Assembly: GCA_963663225.1 (NCBI GenBank)
Contig: OY760142.1
Coordinates: forward strand, 672,001-736,000
Length of the DNA stretch: 64,000 nt
Direction of reading: 5' to 3'
Origin: Nitrospirota bacterium
GTDB lineage: Bacteria; Nitrospirota; UBA9217
Shown: positions 10,217-19,881 of the stretch, one piece after another
Position numbering within the stretch: position 1 is the first letter of the stretch
How the letters are laid out: every line of letters begins with the position of its first letter
Made by a program: the position numbers and the translations under genes
The notes under the pieces: model-generated
Databases searched by the model: none
Seen by the model: the letters and a program-made list of their open reading frames with translations, nothing else
What the model was told of the DNA's origin: nothing

Positions 10217-12013
10217 TTATACTTTTTCTCCCGTTACCCTGATGACTTCGTCAAAGGTCGTCGCCCCCGACAGCATCTTTTGCACCGCAGCGTCGCGAAG
10301 ACCGATCATGCCGTCTTCGATCGCGGTTTTCCTGAGCAGTTCAGCATCCGACTTCTCTCTGAGAATATCTCTGATTTTGTCGTTCACTTCCATGACTTCA
10401 AAGATACCGCTCCGCCCCCTGTAGCCGGTGCCCCTGCAGAGCGTGCATCCTTCACCGTATTTCACCGCGATCTTTCTGCTTTTGTCCGCAATGAGTCCGA
10501 TCGCCTCCGCCTCTTCCGGCAGCAGTTCGTACGTTTTCTCGCAGTTGGAGCAAACCGTTCTGACAAGCCGCTGGGCCATGACGCCGATCACCGTGGAAGA
10601 GATGAGATACGGGGGGACTCCGAGATCAAGAAGCCGGATGATCGCACTGGGAGCGTCATTGGTGTGAAGCGTGGAAAAAACAAGATGGCCGGTGAGCGCC
10701 GCCTGAACCGCGTTTTCCGCGGTTTCAAGATCGCGGATCTCGCCTACCATGATGACGTCCGGGTCCTGTCGCAGGATGGTGCGTAGCGTGCTTCCGAACG
10801 TAACGCCGATCTGCGGCTGAACGCTCACCTGGTTGAACTTATCGTAGACCATTTCGATGGGATCTTCGATGGTCACCACATTGACCGCAGGCAGAGCAAT
10901 TAACTTGAGCGCCGAATAAAGCGTCGTTGTTTTTCCGCTGCCGGTGGGACCGGTCACCAGAACGATACCGTGCGGCCGGGCAATGAAGGAGCGAAACAGT
11001 TCGTACTCCCGCGGGGAGAAGCCGAGTTCCTCCAGGTTTTGGAGCAGGATTTCCGGGTCGAATATCCTGATTACGATTTTTTCGCCAAAGGCGGTCGGCA
11101 TGGTGGATACGCGGAGTTCAACTTCGCGATTTTTGAATTCCGTCTTGATTCTTCCGTCCTGGGGCCGTCTCTTTTCGGCGATGTCCATGCGGGAGAGCAT
11201 TTTGATGCGCGAAACAAAAGCCGGATGCACCGCTTTGGGGATTTTGTGGACGGTATTCAGCACACCGTCTATCCGCAACCGGACTTCGCTTGCGTCTCGC
11301 TTGGGTTCAATGTGGATATCGCTCGCCCGCTGATCGAACGCATACCGGAGCAAAAACTCGACCGCATTGACGACATGTTTGTCCGTAGCCTCGATTTCGG
11401 ACACGGACTTCATTTTGACGAACTGTTCGAGATTTCCCAGATCCACTTCCGACGTCAATTCCTTTGCCGCTGCGGAGACCGACGAGCGGAATCCATAGAA
11501 CTCGGTTATGATCTTCAGGATGTCGCTTTTCGGGGAAACAACGCGTTTGACCTTGTATCCCATGCGCTCTACATTCTCAACAACCTCGATATTGTAGGGG
11601 TCCGATACGGCAAGGGTAATGCTGTCAGTGTCCCGATCCAAGGGGATGGAAATGCTTCTGCGGGCAAACGCCCGGGAGAGGATTTGGGTGGTAATTTCAG
11701 GGTTGAGTTTCAGCGGGTCAATTTTCACAAAAGGCAGACCCGCATGCTGTGCTACGATCTCGGTAATCGCATCCTCTGTCAAAATCTGGCCGGGAGCTCC
11801 GGGTATCTCGAGGTTGAGCGATGATGCTACTTCGATCGCTGATATTTCGTCCTCGATATGGACTCTGCCCCGCTGTAGCGAGTCTCCCCTGGCTTTCAGC
11901 AGCTTCATTCTCTGCGTATCTTGCTTAATATTGATTTCCCGGGCTTGTTCAGGGTTCAATTTCCCGGCTTTGATTAACATATCGCACAGAAGGTTGGTCG
12001 TCAGCTTTGTCAT
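10217..12013 (-). CDS. GspE/PilB-family secretion/pilus assembly ATPase
   Basis: ASDIHIEP, RPQDG, Walker A GPTGSGKTT, LRQDPD, GEIRD, TGHLVFSTLH, Cys zinc motif. Confidence 0.95.
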   Translation of the reverse strand: MTKLTTNLLCDMLIKAGKLNPEQAREINIKQDTQRMKLLKARGDSLQRGRVHIEDEISAIEVASSLNLEIPGAPGQILTEDAITEIVAQHAGLPFVKIDPLKLNPEITTQILSRAFARRSISIPLDRDTDSITLAVSDPYNIEVVENVERMGYKVKRVVSPKSDILKIITEFYGFRSSVSAAAKELTSEVDLGNLEQFVKMKSVSEIEATDKHVVNAVEFLLRYAFDQRASDIHIEPKRDASEVRLRIDGVLNTVHKIPKAVHPAFVSRIKMLSRMDIAEKRRPQDGRIKTEFKNREVELRVSTMPTAFGEKIVIRIFDPEILLQNLEELGFSPREYELFRSFIARPHGIVLVTGPTGSGKTTTLYSALKLIALPAVNVVTIEDPIEMVYDKFNQVSVQPQIGVTFGSTLRTILRQDPDVIMVGEIRDLETAENAVQAALTGHLVFSTLHTNDAPSAIIRLLDLGVPPYLISSTVIGVMAQRLVRTVCSNCEKTYELLPEEAEAIGLIADKSRKIAVKYGEGCTLCRGTGYRGRSGIFEVMEVNDKIRDILREKSDAELLRKTAIEDGMIGLRDAAVQKMLSGATTFDEVIRVTGEKV

Positions 12014-12063
12014 AAAAATACCGCGAAGTCACAGTCCTCAATTGCACAAGATGGCTTAAACAT

Positions 12064-12093
12064 AAAAGGCCCCCACGAATGCTAGGGAGGGCC
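12064..12093 (-). terminator. Probable intrinsic terminator
   Basis: Minus strand GGCCCTCCC...GGGGGCC followed by TTTT. Confidence 0.5.
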
Positions 12094-12240
12094 ATGCTTG
12101 CAAGAGTAACTTATTGTGGACGACCAAATACGCTGGTGTTGATAATACAGAACAGATCCCGCTTACAGCTTTTTCCCGGGACAGCGTCCTGTCACAAGAG
12201 AATTGTCGAATATGAATCAAGCCGGTTTCCGCAGAAGTGT

Positions 12241-12468
12241 TTATAGTATTCTGGTGGCTACTGAACGGGTAACCGTTAGCTCTTTTACCTGCTGGCCGAG
12301 CTTCTCTGTCAAAAGTTCCTGCTGCGCCTCGTTCAGGCGAAGCCGAAAAACACGGAGTTTGTTCAATGAACGCTTTGAGAGATATATTTCGTGGAGCTCA
12401 AAACCGATCTGCTTTTTGATATCCGCACTCTGCTGTGCCGTCAACTCAAGTTTAACAGCCTCTTCCAT
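12241..12468 (-). CDS. Small hypothetical protein (75 aa) made of two ~36-aa repeats
   Basis: Own promoter (TTGAAT-17-TATAAT), G-rich SD (AGGGGG), clear internal repeat. Confidence 0.7.
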   Translation of the reverse strand: MEEAVKLELTAQQSADIKKQIGFELHEIYLSKRSLNKLRVFRLRLNEAQQELLTEKLGQQVKELTVTRSVATRIL

Positions 12469-12489
12469 TGAACGTACCCCCTGAAGTTG

Positions 12490-12518
12490 ATTATAGGCAT
12501 TTTACTGATGAAATTCAA
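12490..12518 (-). promoter_or_regulatory. sigma70 promoter for the 75-aa ORF
   Basis: TTGAAT (12518-12513), 17 bp, TATAAT (12495-12490). Confidence 0.7.
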
Positions 12519-12579
12519 GTCTTTTTTCCCTATGCGACTTCTTCCAAACGGGATACAGACTGCAAAAAAACCGAGATTG

Positions 12580-14271
12580 TCATACCTGCATTACCAGCTT
12601 TTCGACTATTTCCCCGACCACTTGATCGGCTTTTATCTTTTCAATCGCTCCGGTTTTCCGCACTTTTAATTCGACAAAACCTTCCTTTAAGTTTTTCTCG
12701 CCGATAACAATGCGATACGGTATGCCGATGAGATCGGCATCCTTGAACTTAACGCCCGCTCGTTCATCGCGGTCATCCAGCAGAACTTCGAAACCTTTTT
12801 CCTCCAGCCCCGTGTAAATCCCTTCTGCAACATCCATTGTTGACACGTCTTTCACATTCACCGGAATAATCTGAATATGAAACGGCGCTATGGAGAGCGG
12901 CCAGATGATTCCGTTTTCGTCGTTGCCCTGTTCGATGGCCGCCGCCGCAATCCGCGCGGGGCCGATGCCGTAGCTGCCCATGATAATCGGCTTCTCAACG
13001 CCGTTTTCATCCAGATAGTTCGCCTTCAGGGGGACGGAATACTTCGTTCCGAGCTTGAAGATATTGCCGATCTCGATTACCCGTTCTATGCGGAGGGGCT
13101 TGCCGCACCGGATGCACGCATCGCCCGCTGCTGCCGAATGAATATCCGCGAACTCAGCATCGGCGAAATGACCGGCCGCTGACACCCCTTTTGCATGATA
13201 TCCTTCCTTGTTTGCTCCTGCGACATAAACGCCCTGCCGGAGAGATGGATCGGCGATTTTCCGCACAGAGTGACCCATGGGGCCGATGAACCCGGCTGGC
13301 ACTCCGAGGATGTTCTTTACTTCATCTTTCTGCGCGGGCCGGTGCGGACCGATAAGCTTGGCAAGTTTCTTCTCGTGCAACGTTTGATCGCCGCGCACCA
13401 GGGCAAGAACCGGCTCTTTTTCGCTCATTACCAAGATTGATTTAACCAGCAGGCCGGGTGAAAGCTTCAGAAAACGGGCGACTTCTTCAATCGTGCGCTT
13501 TTCCGGCGTTGCCACTTCCTCATACGCCCAAACCGGGAAATCCGGCGACCGCGGAATTGATTCGGCAAGTTCCACGTTTGCCGCATATCCACAGGAGTCG
13601 CACAGTGCGACATCGTCCTCGCCTGCTGCGGACGGAGCCATGAATTCGTGCGCCATGGAGCCTCCCATGAGGCCGGTATCGCTCTGGACGACGCTGAATG
13701 CAATGCCGCAGCGGCTGTAGATTCTCTTATATGCGTCGAGATGAAGTTCGTAGGACTTGTCCAGGCCCTCCTGGTCCCGGTCGAAACTATAGGAGTCTTT
13801 CATGATGAATTCGCGGGTCCTGAGCACGCCGCTCTTGGGACGGGCCTCGTCCCGCAGCTTGGTCTGCAACTGGTACCAAATCTGCGGCAGTTCACGATAG
13901 GAACGGATATCATGGGCGGCCAGCCAGGTCATGGTTTCTTCATGCGTCATGGCCAGACACATGTCGCGACCGCCCCGGTCCTTCAGGCGGAACATCTCAT
14001 CGCCGATGACATCCCATCTTCCGCTTTGCTGCCATACTTCACCGGGGTTCAGCACGGGCATGGTCACTTCCTGACCGCCGATGGCGTTCATTTCTTCACG
14101 GATGATCCGGTTGATTTTTTCCATCACCCGCTGTCCGAGGGGAAGATAAATATAGAGTCCTGCGGCAAGCTGGCGCACAAATCCCGCGCGCACCATCAGT
14201 TTGTGTGAAATTGACTCCGCTTCCGCCGGGGCCTCTTTCAACGTGGGAATAAACAGATGAGAATAACGCAT
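12580..14271 (-). CDS. proS: Proline--tRNA ligase (bacterial type with editing insertion)
   Basis: THEE, RDEARP, REFIMKDSYSF, EIGNIFKLG, MGSYGIG, DADLIGIP; SD GGAGG. Confidence 0.98.
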   Translation of the reverse strand: MRYSHLFIPTLKEAPAEAESISHKLMVRAGFVRQLAAGLYIYLPLGQRVMEKINRIIREEMNAIGGQEVTMPVLNPGEVWQQSGRWDVIGDEMFRLKDRGGRDMCLAMTHEETMTWLAAHDIRSYRELPQIWYQLQTKLRDEARPKSGVLRTREFIMKDSYSFDRDQEGLDKSYELHLDAYKRIYSRCGIAFSVVQSDTGLMGGSMAHEFMAPSAAGEDDVALCDSCGYAANVELAESIPRSPDFPVWAYEEVATPEKRTIEEVARFLKLSPGLLVKSILVMSEKEPVLALVRGDQTLHEKKLAKLIGPHRPAQKDEVKNILGVPAGFIGPMGHSVRKIADPSLRQGVYVAGANKEGYHAKGVSAAGHFADAEFADIHSAAAGDACIRCGKPLRIERVIEIGNIFKLGTKYSVPLKANYLDENGVEKPIIMGSYGIGPARIAAAAIEQGNDENGIIWPLSIAPFHIQIIPVNVKDVSTMDVAEGIYTGLEEKGFEVLLDDRDERAGVKFKDADLIGIPYRIVIGEKNLKEGFVELKVRKTGAIEKIKADQVVGEIVEKLVMQV

Positions 14272-14319
14272 GCAACCTCCAAAACACGGACCGCGGAGAG
14301 AGCGCAGGCATGGCTGGCT

Positions 14320-15423
14320 CTACTCTTTTTCCCGGTTTCCGCCTTCAGTTTTTTTTTGTCTGGCCAGCGCTTCAGCTTCACCAACCAAGGCATCCGCCAG
14401 TTCTGCTTCGGGGAGTTTTCTGATGATTTCCCCATGCTTGAACAACAGTCCGATTCCCTTGCCGCCTGCAATGCCGACGTCTGCTTCACGCGCTTCTCCC
14501 GGTCCGTTCACTACGCAACCCATGACTGCAACCGTCAGAGGTTCTTTGATGCCGGCAAGCCGCCTTTCTACTTCCTGGGCAAGGCTGATAATATCTATTT
14601 CCGTTCTGCCGCAGGTCGGGCAGGAAATAACGTTTACACCGCGCTGCCTGATGCCGAGCGACTTCAGGATCTCGTATCCAACACGCACTTCTTCCACCGG
14701 GTCGGCAGTAAGAGAAACCCGCAGCGTGTCACCGATGCCTTCGGCAAGCAGGATGCCGAGCCCCACGCTTGATTTGATCGTTCCGGAAAAAATCGTACCA
14801 GCCTCGGAAATGCCGATATGAAGCGGATAATCGGATCTGCCGGAGAACAGCCGGTACGCCTGTACCGTCGTAAGCACATCCGATGCTTTGAGCGAGACTT
14901 TGATACTCGTAAAATTCAGCTCTTCAAGAATGCGAATATGCCCAAAAGCGCTCTCCACGATGGCTTCCGGAGTAGGATGCCGGTATTTCTCGAGCAGCTG
15001 TTTCTCCAGAGACCCCGCATTCACGCCGATGCGGATGGGGATGCCGTTGTCGCTGCACGCCCTCACCACTTCAGCAGTTTTTTCCTTCCCCCCGATGTTC
15101 CCGGGATTGATGCGAAGCGCATCTACTCCCTGCTTTACCGCCTCAACGGCAAGCCGGTAGTCGAAGTGGATATCGGCAATCAGCGGAAGAGACGTTCCCT
15201 TTCTGATCTGCCCGAGGGCGCGAGCCGCGTCATTGTCCGGCACCGCCAAACGCACCACCTCACAACCAGCTTGTTCTAGCCTCATGATTTGCGCCAGTGT
15301 CTCCTGGACGTTTCTCGTGTCCGTATTGCACATGGACTGAACAACTACAGGCGCGTCTCCGCCGATCCTCAGCGCGCCGAGTGATATCTGCCTGGTCTTC
15401 TTACGCATAATGGTATCGCTCAT
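14320..15423 (-). CDS. ispG: (E)-4-hydroxy-3-methylbut-2-enyl-diphosphate synthase
   Basis: VQSM, ADIHFDY, RINPGNIG, GVNAGSL, CPTCGR, MGCVVNGPGE; start position approximate. Confidence 0.97.
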   Translation of the reverse strand: MSDTIMRKKTRQISLGALRIGGDAPVVVQSMCNTDTRNVQETLAQIMRLEQAGCEVVRLAVPDNDAARALGQIRKGTSLPLIADIHFDYRLAVEAVKQGVDALRINPGNIGGKEKTAEVVRACSDNGIPIRIGVNAGSLEKQLLEKYRHPTPEAIVESAFGHIRILEELNFTSIKVSLKASDVLTTVQAYRLFSGRSDYPLHIGISEAGTIFSGTIKSSVGLGILLAEGIGDTLRVSLTADPVEEVRVGYEILKSLGIRQRGVNVISCPTCGRTEIDIISLAQEVERRLAGIKEPLTVAVMGCVVNGPGEAREADVGIAGGKGIGLLFKHGEIIRKLPEAELADALVGEAEALARQKKTEGGNREKE

Positions 15424-15480
15424 AGGAATGAATATCCGCAAACGTTCTGTTTCCCGATTCTGCCGGGTAGGAACAAGAGT

Positions 15481-16764
15481 CTACTTGGTGAAAAACATTC
15501 TCATGATATCGTTGTAAGACACCACCACAATCAATGTTATCAGCAATGCCGCCCCGATGCTCTGGGCCACTTCCATGGTCTTGCGCGAGAGCGGTTTTTT
15601 CCGGATCACCTCAATGATCAGGAACAGGACCAGCCCTCCATCGAGCACCGGAATGGGGAGCAGATTCAGAATGCCGAGAGAGATGCTTACAAATGCGAGA
15701 AACAGTAAAAACGACGAAAGCCCGGCGGCCGCGGCCTGGCCTGACATCTGTGCTATCATGACCGGTCCGCCGATATTTTTGATGGAGATGTTCAGGCTGA
15801 ACAGCTGCTTTAAGGTAATAAACGTAAGGTCCATTAAATCTATCGTTTTGCTGAAACCGAGTTGCACAGACTCAAGAAATCCGTATCTGACCAGCACTTG
15901 TTTAATAATGGGTTCCACGCCGATCACATATCTTCCGTTGTCTATAATCGGGGTCACGGATTTTTCAATACGCTTTCCCTCGCGTTCCAGCAGAAGCGTG
16001 AGTTTTTCCCCTTTGCTCTCGCGTATCAGTGTGGAGAACTGGTTCCAGTGATAGATAATACGGCCATTTACGGCGATGATTTTGTCGTTCACTTTGATGC
16101 CACCCTGCTCGGCGGGAAATTCCGGTTTCAGCCTTCCGATCTCCGCCGGCATATCAGGAACGAGACCCGAAGTGCCGATTTTAAATTCCGTCGCGGTCGC
16201 AGGCCGGAGCGCCAAATTCTTTTTCTCCCCGTGCCGTTCGACAACAACCGTCACCTCTGTTTCCGGGTTCACCGCGATCAGGGCCAGCGCCTTCGACCAG
16301 TCGGTGATGCTCCTTCCATTTACCTTCTCGATCACATCGCCGGCCATGAATCCTGCCCGTTCTCCCGGTGAATTTTTTTCCACATAGCCGACCTTCGCAG
16401 GCCCTTCGGAATAGGTCCCGATCATGAACACAAGCGGCATTACCAGAAATGCGAGCAGAATATTCGTAAGCGGACCCGCGATTCCGATCTTTATCCTTTG
16501 CCACACGGTTTTGGACTGAAACTCTCCGGCGTCGCCCGTCGGCTCTTCGTCCGGGTTTTCTCCGGCCATTTTCACATAACCGCCGAGCGGAAGCGCGGAA
16601 ATGAGATATTCCGTATCCCCCTTTTTAAAGCCGACAAGCTTCGGCCCAAATCCCAGCGAAAACTTTTCCACCCGGACGCCGGCCCGCTTCGCCATGATGA
16701 AGTGGCCGAACTCGTGCACAAACACGAGGATGCCGATCACGATCAGAAAATATATCAGTGTCAT
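15481..16764 (-). CDS. rseP: RIP metalloprotease RseP with two PDZ domains
   Basis: HEFGH, PLGGYV, AGP, NLLPIPVLDGG; located between dxr and ispG. Confidence 0.96.
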   Translation of the reverse strand: MTLIYFLIVIGILVFVHEFGHFIMAKRAGVRVEKFSLGFGPKLVGFKKGDTEYLISALPLGGYVKMAGENPDEEPTGDAGEFQSKTVWQRIKIGIAGPLTNILLAFLVMPLVFMIGTYSEGPAKVGYVEKNSPGERAGFMAGDVIEKVNGRSITDWSKALALIAVNPETEVTVVVERHGEKKNLALRPATATEFKIGTSGLVPDMPAEIGRLKPEFPAEQGGIKVNDKIIAVNGRIIYHWNQFSTLIRESKGEKLTLLLEREGKRIEKSVTPIIDNGRYVIGVEPIIKQVLVRYGFLESVQLGFSKTIDLMDLTFITLKQLFSLNISIKNIGGPVMIAQMSGQAAAAGLSSFLLFLAFVSISLGILNLLPIPVLDGGLVLFLIIEVIRKKPLSRKTMEVAQSIGAALLITLIVVVSYNDIMRMFFTK

Positions 16765-16928
16765 TATTGCTCCTTACTACCATTTAGATTACTGCACAGG
16801 TTTTATTCCTCAGGATTCGCCGACGGTGTACATATCATTCAGAAAGAAAGCATGCATGAGCCGAAAGAAGAACCATGATTGCATTTTCCTTTTTTTTCGA
16901 ACAGCATATGCGAGTGAGTCGTCCGCTG

Positions 16929-18092
16929 TTATCCGTGCATTTTCGTTTCGACGATTTTTTCCGCTTTCTGTCGGGCCCAAATATCCGCTTTCAGCGCCTC
17001 TTCGACGGTCTTAAGGGGAAACGGCGTATGGGACTCCATTGTCGCTTTAATCACGCGGGCGATGTCGTTGTAACCGATTTTTTCCTCTAAAAAATATCTG
17101 ACGGCAATTTCGTTTGCCGCTGAAAGCACTGCCGGCATGGTGCCGCCGGCCGTAAAGGAGTCATACGCAAGAGCAAGACACGGGAATCGCTCCATGTCGG
17201 GCTCCTCGAATGTCAGCGTGCCGACCGAGGCAAGATTCAACGCTGGCGATACGTCAGGAAGTCGTTCGGGATACGAAAGTGCATAGGCAATGGGCCCTTT
17301 CATGTCGGGCATGCCGAGTTGTGCCAACACCGCATGGTCTTGAAATTCCACCAGAGAGTGAATAATGCTCTGCGGATGGATGAGCACCTTGATCCTTTCC
17401 GGCTCCATGCTGAAAAGCCAACGCGCTTCGATCACTTCCAGCCCCTTGTTCATAAGGGTTGCCGAATCAATGGTGATTTTCCTGCCCATGCTCCAGTTCG
17501 GATGATTGAGGGCCTGCGCCAACGAAACGGTTGCAAGATCTTTCTTTGAATATTTGCGGAACGGCCCACCCGATGCGGTCAGGATCAGTTTTATAATATG
17601 CCTGCATGCACCCGCCTGCAGACACTGAAAAATGGCGCTGTGCTCGCTGTCCACAGGCAGGATGGACACTCCGCGTGCGCGGCTTTCCGCCATGACAAGT
17701 TCACCCGCAGTCACCAGCACTTCCTTGTTTGCAAGCGCTATGTTTTTGCGTGCACGGATCGCCGCCATCGTGGGCACGAGTCCGGCTGTCCCGACAATGG
17801 CGGAGACCGTGGTGTCTGCTTCTTCTGCAGCCGCAACCTGGATCATGCCTTCTATACCATGCATGACGCGGACCTTCAAGTCAGAGCATCTGTTCTTCAG
17901 GATGTCCGCCGGTTTTTCTCCGGCAACCGCGACGAGGTCCGGTTTGAACAATCTCACCTGTTTTTCCAGAAGATCAATGTTGTTTCCTGCTGCAAGGGCG
18001 ACAACACGAAATTGGTCGGGAAATTTTTCCACCACCGCAAGCGTGGATTGCCCGATGGAACCGGTAGAACCCAAGAGGGAAATTTTTTTCAT
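16929..18092 (-). CDS. dxr: 1-deoxy-D-xylulose-5-phosphate reductoisomerase
   Basis: LGSTGSIG, LANKE, PVDSEH, TASGGPF, HPNWSMG, KGLEVIEA. Confidence 0.98.
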   Translation of the reverse strand: MKKISLLGSTGSIGQSTLAVVEKFPDQFRVVALAAGNNIDLLEKQVRLFKPDLVAVAGEKPADILKNRCSDLKVRVMHGIEGMIQVAAAEEADTTVSAIVGTAGLVPTMAAIRARKNIALANKEVLVTAGELVMAESRARGVSILPVDSEHSAIFQCLQAGACRHIIKLILTASGGPFRKYSKKDLATVSLAQALNHPNWSMGRKITIDSATLMNKGLEVIEARWLFSMEPERIKVLIHPQSIIHSLVEFQDHAVLAQLGMPDMKGPIAYALSYPERLPDVSPALNLASVGTLTFEEPDMERFPCLALAYDSFTAGGTMPAVLSAANEIAVRYFLEEKIGYNDIARVIKATMESHTPFPLKTVEEALKADIWARQKAEKIVETKMHG

Positions 18093-18154
18093 GTTGTTTC
18101 ACTCCACAGCGTAACGCTGCCGCAAATCGCAGCAACGTTCGAATGTATATGGAC

Positions 18155-18958
18155 TTATCTGGTCATTAAGTAGCAATACAGTATCGGTGCGGCAAACAGC
18201 ATGCTATCCATGCGATCGAGAATTCCGCCATGTCCGGGAATTATTCCGCCTGAATCTTTGAGTCCTGATGCCCGTTTTAGCAACGATTCAACCAGGTCGC
18301 CTATCGTACCGACCACCGCAAGCACGAGTGCAATTCCGATTGCCTCTCCAATTCCGAACGGAATCGCCTGCATAAACCATATTCTGCAGACAAGCGCCAT
18401 TCCCACGGACGCGATCAGCGCTCCGGCGAATCCTTCGATGCTTTTCTTGGGGCTCACTTTTTCATACAAACGGTGTTTGCCAAAGGGGATGCCGATGGCG
18501 TAGGCGCCGATATCCGACGCCCAAATTACAAAATAGAGGAACACAAGCCATTGTTTTCCATCAACGCCCATGCGGATCAGGATTTGAAACGCAAACAATA
18601 CTGCAACATAGAATATGCCGGCGAGCGTAAATGCTATGTCGTCGATTGCTCCTTCCACGGGCCGTCGGGAAAAGAGCCGTGCAACCATGACCAGCATAAT
18701 GCATCCCGCCATAAAAAAAATTTCCGCGCCTCGGGGAAAAGGATGATATGCCTCAAGGATAATCAGCACCCCGGCCAGAATGCCGAGGCCGGCACAGGGG
18801 CTGCTTCCGCGGGTCCGGGCCATGCGGTAAAATTCATATTGCCCCATCGCCGCAGTAAGCATAAGCAGCGCTGCAAAATACACCGGCGGCAGTTCCCACG
18901 TGACCGCGTAAAAGATGGGAAGAAACAAAAGCCCAGAAATCACTCTCTTATACAGCAT
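18155..18958 (-). CDS. cdsA: Phosphatidate cytidylyltransferase
   Basis: SPKKSIEG, GDLVESLLKR, KDSG, PGHGGILDRMDS. Confidence 0.96.
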   Translation of the reverse strand: MLYKRVISGLLFLPIFYAVTWELPPVYFAALLMLTAAMGQYEFYRMARTRGSSPCAGLGILAGVLIILEAYHPFPRGAEIFFMAGCIMLVMVARLFSRRPVEGAIDDIAFTLAGIFYVAVLFAFQILIRMGVDGKQWLVFLYFVIWASDIGAYAIGIPFGKHRLYEKVSPKKSIEGFAGALIASVGMALVCRIWFMQAIPFGIGEAIGIALVLAVVGTIGDLVESLLKRASGLKDSGGIIPGHGGILDRMDSMLFAAPILYCYLMTR

Positions 18959-19009
18959 GCATTGTCTCCATAGGGTCAGGTCTGTATCGGGGTGAAACGC
19001 GGGGCGTTG

Positions 19010-19789
19010 TCACGGTTTTTGCAGCAATTGTTCCTGCGTAAGGCCGAATCTGCGCTGGCGGCCCTGGTAATCCAGAATCGCGTCAATAAGATCTTTTTCC
19101 ACAAAATCAGGCCAGAGCGTATCGGTAAAGTAAAGCTCGGTGTACGCCGCTTGCCAGAGGAGAAAGTTGCTGATGCGCTTTTCACCGCTCGTCCGTATGA
19201 TCAGATCAGGATCAGGAAGGCCCGCAGTGTCAAGATGAGCGGATAATGATTCTTCGGTGATGCTGTCCGTTGGAGCGATTTCGGTGCGCAGCCTGTTGAT
19301 TGCTTCCAGTATTTCACCCCGGCCGCCGTATGATAAGGCGAGATTCAGGATCATTCCCGAGTTGTTGGAAGTTTCAGAGACTGCTTTCCCCACCCAGCCC
19401 TGCACAGACATCGGAAGCTTTTCAATCCTGCCGATGGTTCGAAACCGGATATCGTTTGTTTTCATGGTCGCTATCTCAGTCTCGAGATAGTGCCCCAGCA
19501 TGTCCATCAGAAAGCCAACTTCTTCTTTGGGCCGCCCCCAATTCTCGTCGGAAAAAGCGTACAGAGTGATCACCGGTATTTTAAGTTGGCGGCACTGCTC
19601 CGTCACGCGCCGCACGGCATCCACGCCTTTTTTATGCCCGGCAATACGCGGCAGGCCTCTGCGCAATGCCCACCTTCCATTGCCATCCATAATAATGGCG
19701 ATGTGCCTCGGCAAACTCTGAGTATCCAGCTGCGCATAAAGCCGCTCTGGTATCAGGCTTTTGCTGTTTATGTTTTTTTCTGTCTTCAT
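19010..19789 (-). CDS. uppS: Undecaprenyl diphosphate synthase
   Basis: HIAIIMDGNGRWA, YAFSDENW, IRTSGE, SNFLLWQ, RRFG. Confidence 0.97.
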   Translation of the reverse strand: MKTEKNINSKSLIPERLYAQLDTQSLPRHIAIIMDGNGRWALRRGLPRIAGHKKGVDAVRRVTEQCRQLKIPVITLYAFSDENWGRPKEEVGFLMDMLGHYLETEIATMKTNDIRFRTIGRIEKLPMSVQGWVGKAVSETSNNSGMILNLALSYGGRGEILEAINRLRTEIAPTDSITEESLSAHLDTAGLPDPDLIIRTSGEKRISNFLLWQAAYTELYFTDTLWPDFVEKDLIDAILDYQGRQRRFGLTQEQLLQKP

Positions 19790-19881
19790 TAAATTCCAGT
19801 TGCCGGAAAACGCACTCTTGTGCTAGAGTGATTTTATCAGCACCAAACAACCGGCAACCGTCCGAAAAGATCCAGTTGGAT

